64,000 nucleotides of DNA from Candidatus Latescibacterota bacterium (GTDB lineage Bacteria; Latescibacterota; UBA2968; SICM01). The stretch is from positions 2,240,001 to 2,304,000 of the forward strand of contig CBDCJO010000002.1 in assembly GCA_965217865.1 (NCBI GenBank), read 5' to 3'. Shown in pieces: positions 1-8,844 of this stretch. Made by a program: the position numbers and the translations under genes. Every line of letters starts with the position of its first letter. The first letter of the stretch is position 1. Under the pieces are notes generated by a model that worked only from the letters and a program-made list of their open reading frames with translations, was not told the DNA's origin and made no database searches.

Positions 1-1097
1 CTCCAGAACCCCCCCTGTTTTCCGACTCCCTAAGCGGAGGATCCATTTCTCCGACAGAAGCTGTTTTCCCTCTCAACTCAAGATATACCTTCGACACTTT
101 TATTGTGGGAGAGAGCAATGAATTCGCCTATTCCGCCGCACTTGCAGTGGCAGAGTCTCCCGGGAAGACCAGTTTCAATCCTTTGGTGATTTACGGCGGG
201 GTGGGATTGGGAAAAACTCACCTTTTACAGGCAATCGGCCATCATTGCGTCACGCAAAATGTGGTTCGGAAGGTCGTCTACATATCCTCCGAAAAGTTCG
301 TTTCCGATTTTATCCAATCGATAAAAAACAAGGATTCGACACAGTTTGCAAGAACCTATCGCTCGGCTGATATCCTCCTTGTGGATGATGTACAATTTTT
401 CCCCCAGAGCGAAAGCACTCAAAAAGCGTTCTTCCACACATTTAACACCCTTCATCAGAACAGGAAACAGATCGTCCTTTCATCAGACTGCCCTCCCAAC
501 CGGTTAAAGGGGCTCGAAGAACGTCTTATTTCCCGTTTTTCATGGGGCCTTGCGACTGGCATCGATAGACCAGATCTTGAGACCCGAATCGCAATTCTCA
601 AGAAGAAAAGCGAAATTGAGGGGATTTCTCTCGATGACGACATCGCCGGACTTATTGCCGCCTATGTCGACACCAACATTCGGGAATTAGAAGGGATTCT
701 TACTCATATTATGGCCCACGCCTCATTGAGGAACGTATTTCTTAACCGCGATCTCGTTTTAAAGATCCTGGATCAAACGACCAACCACCCTACAAAAAAA
801 TATCCTCCCATCGATCTGATCCAAAGGGTTGTGGCAAAAAATTTTTCGATTAGCGATGGTCTCCTTATAAGTAGAACCCGAAAACAAGAAGTCGCGATGG
901 CCCGTCATGTGGCTATGTACCTCTGCCGAAAATTAACAAATTCTTCCCACGAAACAATCGGCCTTCACTTTGGCGGACGAGACCACAGCACGGTTGTCCA
1001 CGCCTATAAATCTGTGGCATCCCGGATGCAGAGGGAACCTTCATTCGCCGACCATCTCCACAGGTTGACCCGCGATGTCCAGGCCTCCCACTCCTGA
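1..1097 (+). CDS. dnaA: Chromosomal replication initiator DnaA (5' part outside window)
   Basis: Frame is open from position 3 (LNSRYTFDTFIVGESN); Walker A GGVGLGKTH, LLVDDVQ, and domain IV FGGRDHSTVVHA. Confidence 0.98.
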   Translation, partial: PEPPLFSDSLSGGSISPTEAVFPLNSRYTFDTFIVGESNEFAYSAALAVAESPGKTSFNPLVIYGGVGLGKTHLLQAIGHHCVTQNVVRKVVYISSEKFVSDFIQSIKNKDSTQFARTYRSADILLVDDVQFFPQSESTQKAFFHTFNTLHQNRKQIVLSSDCPPNRLKGLEERLISRFSWGLATGIDRPDLETRIAILKKKSEIEGISLDDDIAGLIAAYVDTNIRELEGILTHIMAHASLRNVFLNRDLVLKILDQTTNHPTKKYPPIDLIQRVVAKNFSISDGLLISRTRKQEVAMARHVAMYLCRKLTNSSHETIGLHFGGRDHSTVVHAYKSVASRMQREPSFADHLHRLTRDVQASHS

Positions 1098-1528
1098 ATG
1101 ATCCATTTTTGATTGATCTTAACCTGTCCCCACCTTGTGAATATCCAAGACGGAACATGTCACCGAAGGAACGATATACTTATATTGTTCGGTTGATGAA
1201 CGGATATTCCCTTTTTTTAAACATACTCTTCACATTTCATTTTCCTCCTATAATTCTTTAACAACTGAAATCAACTTATCTTTCCGAACATTCTCCAAAC
1301 TTGTCAACTTATCAACGGTTATTATATTAGATATTATGTTCTTTCTAAAACATGAAACATGATAAAAATAAAAAAGATGATCATCTTCACGCGCGTAAAT
1401 TTTTGATGGTTGTTCGTTCTACAATTCGGCTTTTAAACAAAGAATTTATCTTGACAAATTCGAGGAAAATCAGTATATTACGATAGATTACATCCCCGAA
1501 CAATCCATCCTAATTTCCTGCATGTTTT
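1098..1528. other. Probable replication origin oriC
   Basis: AT-rich 430-bp dnaA-dnaN intergenic region; degenerate DnaA boxes TGTGAATAT 1136-1144 (8/9 to TTWTNCACA on minus), TTCTCCAAA 1291-1299 and TTATCAACG 1309-1317 (7/9), followed by an AT-rich tract. Confidence 0.7.
1451..1479 (+). promoter_or_regulatory. Sigma70-type promoter of dnaN
   Basis: TTGACA-N17-TATATT about 50 bp upstream of dnaN. Confidence 0.75.
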
Positions 1529-2761
1529 ATGCTGTTTAATATCCAACAAAAAGATCTTTCCAGGGCACTCGATACGGTCTGGGATGTTGTGCCTTCGAAG
1601 ACTGCAATCCCTGTTCTTTCCCACCTGTTGATAGAGGCGTTTCCCCATAAAAACTCGGAACCGAATTCGGGTAAAATTACAATATCCGCGACCGACCTTG
1701 ATATTTCAATAACCACCAGTACATCAACTTCTGTTATTGAGGCTGGCCGAATCACTGTTCCAGCCCGGAAGTTTTTTGAGATTATCCGGGAGCTGCCCGA
1801 TGGAACTCTGGTGGTTTCGGGAAAAGATCATCAGGTAAAGATCAATCGTCCGGTGGGGGAACAGGACACTGCGTCCGAATCCTTTGATCCTGATGCGGAA
1901 ACGATGCTGCCTGGGCAAGGTGTTTATGTTCTGATGGGACTTCCGTCGGAAGACTATCCGGAACTTCCCGGGGATATCGAAGGCACCCTTATTCAATTTG
2001 GAGAGAACGGGGGGCCCGATGGAAACATCATCAAGGACATGATCTCCAAGACCTCGTTCGCGGTGTCTCGAGATGAAACCCGGCCTGTGCTAAATGGGGT
2101 GCTGTGTCTGGTGCGTCCGGAGGGGATCACGATGGTTGCGACAGATGGACATCGGTTGATCCGACACATCAAAGGCTTAGACCTCAAGGATTCGATGAAA
2201 GGTAAGGATCAAGCCGAAGCGATCGTCCCCCCCCGGGTGCTTCAGCATTTAGTTAAGTTGCTTTCCAGCCATTGCACTCTTAAACAGTGTGTGATCGGAA
2301 GCAATCACATCCTTTTTGATCTGGGTCAAACGCGATTGGTTTCGCGGCTTATCGAAGGGCCCTATGTTGATTATGAGCAGGTCATTCCCGGGGACAATAC
2401 CCAACGGATGATGATATCGAAAAGTGCGATTGCGCCATCGGTTCGAAGGGTATCGATTCTCTCTAATACCCAGACCCATCAGATCCGTATCGGTTTTCGT
2501 AAGCACGAAGTGGAGCTGTCCGCGGTTAGTCAGGAGGTGGGTGGAGAAGCAAGGGAATCGATCCGGGCGAATTATGATGGGAACCAGATGGACATTGGAT
2601 ACAACTCCGCTTATCTTCTCGACATACTCAAACGAATCGACTCCGAAGACGTCATATTCGATCTCAACACCCCCATCACGGCTGGAATCGTCAGGCCTGC
2701 CGAACAACCGGAAGGAGAAGATTATCTTTGTCTGCTCATGCCGTTGCGTCTTAGCGAATAA
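1529..2761 (+). CDS. dnaN: DNA polymerase III beta sliding clamp
   Basis: ATDLD, ETRPVLNG, VATDGHRL, C-terminal LLMPLR; follows dnaA. Confidence 0.97.
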   Translation: MLFNIQQKDLSRALDTVWDVVPSKTAIPVLSHLLIEAFPHKNSEPNSGKITISATDLDISITTSTSTSVIEAGRITVPARKFFEIIRELPDGTLVVSGKDHQVKINRPVGEQDTASESFDPDAETMLPGQGVYVLMGLPSEDYPELPGDIEGTLIQFGENGGPDGNIIKDMISKTSFAVSRDETRPVLNGVLCLVRPEGITMVATDGHRLIRHIKGLDLKDSMKGKDQAEAIVPPRVLQHLVKLLSSHCTLKQCVIGSNHILFDLGQTRLVSRLIEGPYVDYEQVIPGDNTQRMMISKSAIAPSVRRVSILSNTQTHQIRIGFRKHEVELSAVSQEVGGEARESIRANYDGNQMDIGYNSAYLLDILKRIDSEDVIFDLNTPITAGIVRPAEQPEGEDYLCLLMPLRLSE

Positions 2762-2766
2762 AAGAC

Positions 2767-3840
2767 ATGTTCATCGAGTCGCTGATGCTTCAGAATTTCC
2801 GTTGTTTCCGCGCGGAAAGCTTCCGGTTTTGTGAATCGAAGACGGTTATTAGCGGAGAAAATGGATGTGGAAAATCAAATCTTCTTGAATCGATCTTTTT
2901 CTTTGCCTCGGCCAAGTCGAACCGGGGTGCGCTTGAACGGGACATCGTACGGCACGGAACCGATCACTTTCAAATCCATTCCTCGATAAAGAAGGGATCG
3001 CAGTGTGTAATTATTCGGATCCTGTATGATCAGCAAGGAGGAAAGCGAGCGTATCTCAACGAAAATCCCCTTCCCCGCTTATCGGACTTACTCGGTACTT
3101 TTAATGCCGTCCTCTTCTCCCCTGAAGATGTCGACCTGGTTCTGAGGTATCCCCACGAAAGAAGGCGGATGCTTGACATCCTCGCTTCCCAGGCGAGTAA
3201 TTCCTACCTGTCCGACCTTAAGTTATACCAACGCAACCTTGCACAACGAAACAGTCTTCTCCGGAATGGGCTTTTTGGAGATAGCCTCGGCGTACAACTC
3301 GAACCGTGGAATATTCAACTTGCCGACGCTGGTGCCAGGATTATTCAATACCGAACAAAAACCATTGAAAACGTTGCGCCGATTGCCCAGAAGTTTTACA
3401 GCCGCCTGGCTCAAGACGGGGAAGTTCTGAGTGTTCGTTACCTGAGTCCCGCCGGGGGGGATTCAGTTGAAGAGACCCAGTCCCGTCTTCTTGAAGCGCT
3501 ACACGCACACGAGGAAAGGGAGAAAAAACTGGGATACACCCTTGTCGGACCACATAAAGATCAACTTTCGTTCGAAATAGATGGAAAGGATGTTCAAAGG
3601 CACGCATCGAAGGGGGAGCGGAAAAGCACGCTTCTTTCCTGGAAGCTTGCTGAGGCGGTGTTCCTGGAGTCTGTTGTCCAAGGCATGCCCGTTCTTCTGC
3701 TGGACGATATTTTCTCCGAACTGGATCGGCGCCGATCGGAGTGTCTTCTCGACCTTTTGGGCGGATTTGACCAGGTCATATTAACCACGGCCAGGGATCC
3801 CGATACAGCGCTTTCGGATTTCAAAAAAATTTCAATCTGA
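2767..3840 (+). CDS. recF: DNA replication/repair protein RecF
   Basis: NFR, Walker A GENGCGKSN, VGPHKD, LLLDDIFSELD. Confidence 0.96.
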   Translation: MFIESLMLQNFRCFRAESFRFCESKTVISGENGCGKSNLLESIFFFASAKSNRGALERDIVRHGTDHFQIHSSIKKGSQCVIIRILYDQQGGKRAYLNENPLPRLSDLLGTFNAVLFSPEDVDLVLRYPHERRRMLDILASQASNSYLSDLKLYQRNLAQRNSLLRNGLFGDSLGVQLEPWNIQLADAGARIIQYRTKTIENVAPIAQKFYSRLAQDGEVLSVRYLSPAGGDSVEETQSRLLEALHAHEEREKKLGYTLVGPHKDQLSFEIDGKDVQRHASKGERKSTLLSWKLAEAVFLESVVQGMPVLLLDDIFSELDRRRSECLLDLLGGFDQVILTTARDPDTALSDFKKISI

Positions 3841-3854
3841 TTCCATCGATATTT

Positions 3855-4166
3855 ATGAATCGCAGGTTTCGACAAGGTTCCTCCGGGGGACCGGTTTCCA
3901 TCGGCAAAAGTCTCGATCGGCTGATCGAAGGGCTGGGGATCGGGACACAAATTCTTGAAAGACAGGCGATCCTTTTATGGGACGATGTTGTGGGGTATAG
4001 GATCGCACAGGCGACCCAACCCGAAAGGGTGCTTCGAGGAAATCTATACGTAAGAGTGAGGACGGCCACGTGGCGACACACCCTGATGTTTCACCGGGAT
4101 GAGATTCGGAGAAAGCTCAATCACCGACTGGGGAAGGAATTGATCAGGCAGATTCTGTTGAAATGA
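3855..4166 (+). CDS. DUF721 / DciA family helicase-loading factor
   Basis: WDDVVG..IA..T, LYVRV..ATW; canonical recF-gyrB position. Confidence 0.85.
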   Translation: MNRRFRQGSSGGPVSIGKSLDRLIEGLGIGTQILERQAILLWDDVVGYRIAQATQPERVLRGNLYVRVRTATWRHTLMFHRDEIRRKLNHRLGKELIRQILLK

Positions 4167-4261
4167 GTCCAAGCCGGTAGCAACCCGCCAATCTTGATTT
4201 CGAAAGGAGGGGCGCATTCCGCGGTTGTTTTTAAGCGAAGACAATTGCGCCGTATCGTTCT

Positions 4262-6202
4262 ATGGGAGATGAGGCTCAATCCGTGTCGGCAGATGTATAC
4301 AGTTCCGATAGTATCCAGGTCCTGAAAGGGTTGGAGGCCGTTCGGAAGCGGCCGGCGATGTACATCGCCAACACGGACAGTCGTGGTCTCCACCATCTTC
4401 TCAGGGAGATCGTCGACAACAGCGTCGACGAGGCGATGATGGGTGTCTGCGACCGGATTGAAGTCACTCTGAACGCGGAAGGGAGCGCAACCGTATTGGA
4501 CAACGGGCGAGGGGTCCCGGTTGACATCCACCCCGTCGAAAACAAACCGGGTGTAGAGGTCATTATGACCACCCTGCACGCGGGCGGGAAATTCGACAAG
4601 AAGACATACAAGGTTTCGGGGGGGCTCCACGGTGTCGGGGCATCCGTGGTCAACGCCTTATCCGAATGGTGCGAGGTGGAGGTCGGGAAGAAGGGGCGCG
4701 TATACTATCAGCGGTATGAGCGTGGGGTGCCCGAATGCGAGCTGAAGGAAATCGGCCGGAGAAAAGGGTCTGGTACCAAGACCACATTTAAACCGGATCC
4801 CGAAATTTTTGACTCAATCGAATTTCATTACGACACGGTCGCGGCATGGTTGCGGGAGTTGGCGTTTCTTAACAAAAACATTACGATCGTTTTTAACGAT
4901 AAACGATCAGGACAGTCAGAGACTTTTCACTATGAGGGAGGGCTGGTCTCGTTTGTCCAGTATCTGGACGAGGGGAGGGTTTCCTTTCACAAGCCGATAT
5001 TGATCTCCGGAGAAAAGGAGTCCATCTCGGTAGAGGCCGCCCTTCAGTATAACGACTCCTATACCGAGAACCTGTTTAGCTACGTGAACAATATCCATAC
5101 CCCCGAGGGGGGAACGCACCTGGTGGGATTTCGAACGGCCCTGACCCGGACCCTCAATTCCTACGCAGAACGGAACAATCTGTTCAAAAAAATTAAGTTC
5201 TCCCTCAGTGGCGAAGACATTCGGGAAGGGTTGACGACCGTTATCAGCCTGAAAGTACCGGAACCGCAATTTGAGGGGCAGACCAAGACAAAGCTGGGCA
5301 ACAGCAATGTTCGGGGGATCGTTGAATCCATCGTGGGGGAACGTCTGGGTGAATATTTTGAAGAGAACCCCTCGGTGGCCAAAAAAATCCTGGAAAAATC
5401 CATTGAAGCCGCAAGGGCTCGGGACGCGGCCCGGAAAGCCCGCGAACTGGTCCGGCGCAAGAGTCTTCTTGAGGGCGGGAACCTTCCGGGCAAGCTCATG
5501 GACTGTAGCATCAGCGATTCTGAAGTGACGGAGATCTTCCTGGTGGAGGGGGACTCCGCTGGAGGCTCTGCTTCCCAGGGGCGGGATCGAAAGTTCCAGG
5601 CCATCCTTCCCCTCTGGGGAAAACCGCTCAATGTGGAGAAGGCCCGGATCGACAAGGTGCTCGGAAACGACAAGCTTCAACCCTTGATCACCGCGCTCGG
5701 GGCGGGCATCGGAGAGGATTACGATGTCACCAAGCTGCGCTATGGAAAGGTGATCATTATGGCGGACGCGGATGTCGACGGGTCTCATATCCGGACCCTT
5801 ATCCTCACCTTCTTCTTCCGATATATGCGGCAGATGGTGGACGCGGAAAGGGTATACATCGCGCAGCCCCCCTTGTACCTTATCAAGCAGGGAAAGAAGG
5901 AGCAATATGCCTTCAGCGAGGAAGAGCGGGACAGCATCCTCAAGAGTCTGGGTGCGAACGGCGACGGCGGGAAGGGGACGATGGTCCAGCGATACAAAGG
6001 CCTGGGTGAGATGAACCCGGACCAACTCTGGAACACCACGATGGATCCTGAGAAGCGAACGCTCCTCCAGATATCGATCGATGATTCGGCGGAAGCCGAC
6101 CATATATTCGCCATGCTGATGGGAGACGAAGTCGCGCCGCGGAAGAAATTTATCGAAGAGCACGCCGGACAGGTCAGGGACTTGGATCTTCACGCGAGTT
6201 GA
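4262..6202 (+). CDS. gyrB: DNA gyrase subunit B
   Basis: GLEAVRKRPAMYI, EIVDNSVDE, GGLHGVG, VEGDSAGG, DADVDG, QRYKGLGEMNP. Confidence 0.99.
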   Translation: MGDEAQSVSADVYSSDSIQVLKGLEAVRKRPAMYIANTDSRGLHHLLREIVDNSVDEAMMGVCDRIEVTLNAEGSATVLDNGRGVPVDIHPVENKPGVEVIMTTLHAGGKFDKKTYKVSGGLHGVGASVVNALSEWCEVEVGKKGRVYYQRYERGVPECELKEIGRRKGSGTKTTFKPDPEIFDSIEFHYDTVAAWLRELAFLNKNITIVFNDKRSGQSETFHYEGGLVSFVQYLDEGRVSFHKPILISGEKESISVEAALQYNDSYTENLFSYVNNIHTPEGGTHLVGFRTALTRTLNSYAERNNLFKKIKFSLSGEDIREGLTTVISLKVPEPQFEGQTKTKLGNSNVRGIVESIVGERLGEYFEENPSVAKKILEKSIEAARARDAARKARELVRRKSLLEGGNLPGKLMDCSISDSEVTEIFLVEGDSAGGSASQGRDRKFQAILPLWGKPLNVEKARIDKVLGNDKLQPLITALGAGIGEDYDVTKLRYGKVIIMADADVDGSHIRTLILTFFFRYMRQMVDAERVYIAQPPLYLIKQGKKEQYAFSEEERDSILKSLGANGDGGKGTMVQRYKGLGEMNPDQLWNTTMDPEKRTLLQISIDDSAEADHIFAMLMGDEVAPRKKFIEEHAGQVRDLDLHAS

Positions 6203-6271
6203 AATGGGGGGGGCGATCCTCAGCCTCCGGACCGACAATCGAAATTTCCCCGATAAGGAGATCGCTCGGGT

Positions 6272-8740
6272 ATGATGCAACGTCAGCGAATCGTCCCGGT
6301 TAATCTGGGCGACGAAATGAAGCAGTCGTATCTCGGCTATTCCATCAGCACCCTGGTCGCCAGGGCCCTTCCGGATGTTAGAGACGGCCTAAAGCCCTCC
6401 CAGAGGCGTATCCTGGTCGCCATGAACGACCTTAACCTCGGTCCTAACCGCCAACACCGTAAGTGTGCGAAAATCGTGGGGGATACATCCGGAAACTACC
6501 ACCCTCACGGGGAAGCGGTGGTCTACCCGACCCTGGTCCACCTCGCACAGGATTGGAAGATGCGCTATCCCCTGGTGGGCGGACAGGGGAACTTCGGCTC
6601 CATCGACGGGTACCCCCCCGCAGCGATGCGGTACACCGAGGCGAGGCTGGCCGGCCCGGCGATGGAGAGCCTGGCCGACCTGGACAAAGACACGGTGGAC
6701 TTCATTCCCAACTACGACGAACGCCTGCATGAGCCCACGGTCCTACCTTCGAAGTTTCCGAACCTGATCTGCAATGGTTCTACCGGTATCGGGGTGGCGA
6801 TGGCCACTCAGATCCCCCCTCAAAACCTGAACGAAGTCGTCGACGGGCTGGTGGCATTGATTGACGATCCCGACCTGGACGTTGAAGGGCTGATGGAGCA
6901 CATCAAGGGGCCGGACTTTCCGACCGGGGCGACGATCTTCGGAATCAGCGGGGTCCATGAGGCCTATCGGACCGGCCGGGGGGTGATCACCATTCGAGCA
7001 CGGGCTATCGTCGAGGGTTTGGCCAACGGGCGGGAGAATATCGTGATATCAGAAATCCCTTTCATGGTCGTGAAGGCCAACCTGCTCGAAAAGATGGCGG
7101 ACCTGGTCAAGGAAAAAAGGGTGGAGGGTATCTCCAACATACGGGACGAATCGGACCGGGACGGGTTGCGGATCGTGGTGGAGTTGAAGCGGGATGCGGA
7201 TGCCAATGTGGTGCTCAATCGGTTGTACAAGCACAGCATGCTACAATCCTCCTTCGGTGTTATCATGCTTGCCCTGGTCAATGGTTGGCCCAAGTTGCTA
7301 GATCTCAAAGGGGTCCTCCAAAACTTTGTCGACCACAGGCACAACGTAGTCGTACGCCGCGCGGAGTTCGAACTGGGCGTTGCGCAGCGTCGGGCCCACA
7401 TCCTGGAGGGTTTGAAGAAGGCCCTGGATCAGATCGATCTGGTTATCAAGATCATTCGAGGATCGGCCGATCCCGCGGTCGCCCGCGAGGGACTGATGTC
7501 CCGACTCGAACTCAGCACCGAACAGGCGCAGGCAATCCTCACCATGGCCCTCCAGCGGCTGACCGGCCTGGAGCGGCAGAAGATTGAGGATGAATATCTC
7601 GGCTTGCTCAAAGAGATCGCCTCCCTGGAGTCGCTGCTTCGCAGCAAGCCCACGCGCATGAAACTGATCAAGGATGAACTCCAGGAGATGAAGAAGAAGT
7701 ATGGGGACGAAAGGCGGACCGAGATTGTCCTCTCCGCGGATGAGTTTAACATTGAGGATTTGATTGCGGAAGAGGACATGGTGATATCGATATCCCACGC
7801 AGGCTACATCAAACGCATCCCGGTGAGTGCTTACCGCAGGCAGAGAAGGGGCGGAAGGGGGGTGACGGGGATGATCACCAAGGAAGCGGATTTCGTCGAG
7901 CATCTTTTCATCGCTTCCACACACTCCTACATCCTGTTCCTGACGAACAAGGGACGGTGCCACTGGCTGAAAGTTTACGATATCCCGCAAGGCGGTCGCA
8001 CGTCGAGAGGGAGGCCTGTCGTCAATATGCTTGAGGTGGGTTCCGGGGAGAAGCTTGCCGCCATTGTTCCGGTGAAGCAATTCGACGAAAACCACTACCT
8101 GATTCAATGTACGAAACAAGGGTTGGTCAAAAAGACTTCCCTGTTGTCTTACAGCAACCCCCGGAAAGGGGGGATCGTCGCCATAAACATTGTGGAGGGG
8201 GATTCTTTAATCGAGGCGGCCATCACCGACGGGACTCAGGACATCCTGATCTCGACGAAACATGGACAGGCTGTACGATTTTCGGAGTTGGAGGTCAGAG
8301 ATATGGGGCGGAGCGCCCAGGGCGTTAAAGGGATCAAACTCCGGGACGGGGACGAAGCCGTGGGGATGGTCGTCGTCAAACGGGAGGGTACGCTGCTGAC
8401 GGTCTGCCAGAATGGTTATGGAAAACGAACTCAGGTCTCGGACTATCGGGTGACTCACCGAGGGGGAATCGGAGTCATCGACATAAAGACCACAGACCGG
8501 AACGGATACGTTGTGGCGGTCAAGGAGGTCGTCGATGACGATGAGTTGATGATCATCTCCGAGATAGGCATCCTGATTCGACTTCCGATTCGGGATATCA
8601 AAGTCATCGGCCGGAATACGCAGGGGGTGCGCGTGATCAACCTGAGCGAAAATGACCGGGTTATCGATGTGGCGCGCGTGGTCGCTTCGTCGGAGGGAAA
8701 CGGCGAAAACGGGAATGGCGCCGCCGGCGGGGAGTCGTAG
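6272..8740 (+). CDS. gyrA: DNA gyrase subunit A
   Basis: RALPDVRDGLKP, YHPHGE, AAMRYTEARL, GyrA-box QRRGGRG, C-terminal pinwheel repeats. Confidence 0.99.
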   Translation: MMQRQRIVPVNLGDEMKQSYLGYSISTLVARALPDVRDGLKPSQRRILVAMNDLNLGPNRQHRKCAKIVGDTSGNYHPHGEAVVYPTLVHLAQDWKMRYPLVGGQGNFGSIDGYPPAAMRYTEARLAGPAMESLADLDKDTVDFIPNYDERLHEPTVLPSKFPNLICNGSTGIGVAMATQIPPQNLNEVVDGLVALIDDPDLDVEGLMEHIKGPDFPTGATIFGISGVHEAYRTGRGVITIRARAIVEGLANGRENIVISEIPFMVVKANLLEKMADLVKEKRVEGISNIRDESDRDGLRIVVELKRDADANVVLNRLYKHSMLQSSFGVIMLALVNGWPKLLDLKGVLQNFVDHRHNVVVRRAEFELGVAQRRAHILEGLKKALDQIDLVIKIIRGSADPAVAREGLMSRLELSTEQAQAILTMALQRLTGLERQKIEDEYLGLLKEIASLESLLRSKPTRMKLIKDELQEMKKKYGDERRTEIVLSADEFNIEDLIAEEDMVISISHAGYIKRIPVSAYRRQRRGGRGVTGMITKEADFVEHLFIASTHSYILFLTNKGRCHWLKVYDIPQGGRTSRGRPVVNMLEVGSGEKLAAIVPVKQFDENHYLIQCTKQGLVKKTSLLSYSNPRKGGIVAINIVEGDSLIEAAITDGTQDILISTKHGQAVRFSELEVRDMGRSAQGVKGIKLRDGDEAVGMVVVKREGTLLTVCQNGYGKRTQVSDYRVTHRGGIGVIDIKTTDRNGYVVAVKEVVDDDELMIISEIGILIRLPIRDIKVIGRNTQGVRVINLSENDRVIDVARVVASSEGNGENGNGAAGGES

Positions 8741-8797
8741 GTCATAGGATAGGGCTTCACTGCCCGCGGCTGTGGGGAAATATCCTGACGTGTCAGA

Positions 8798-8830
8798 AAT
8801 AGCCCTGGTCCGGCGGTCCAGGGCTATTAT
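8798..8830 (+). terminator. Probable intrinsic terminator after gyrA
   Basis: AATAGCCCTGG ... CCAGGGCTATT inverted repeat. Confidence 0.6.
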
Positions 8831-8844
8831 TAAATAGAGGTGGG

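Noticed and set aside
4916-6280. 454-aa antisense ORF over gyrB, and similar long antisense ORFs over gyrA, tgt, glyA, cusA and the IS
   Set aside because: Shadow ORFs expected from GC-rich codon usage; no motifs, and they fully overlap well-supported genes
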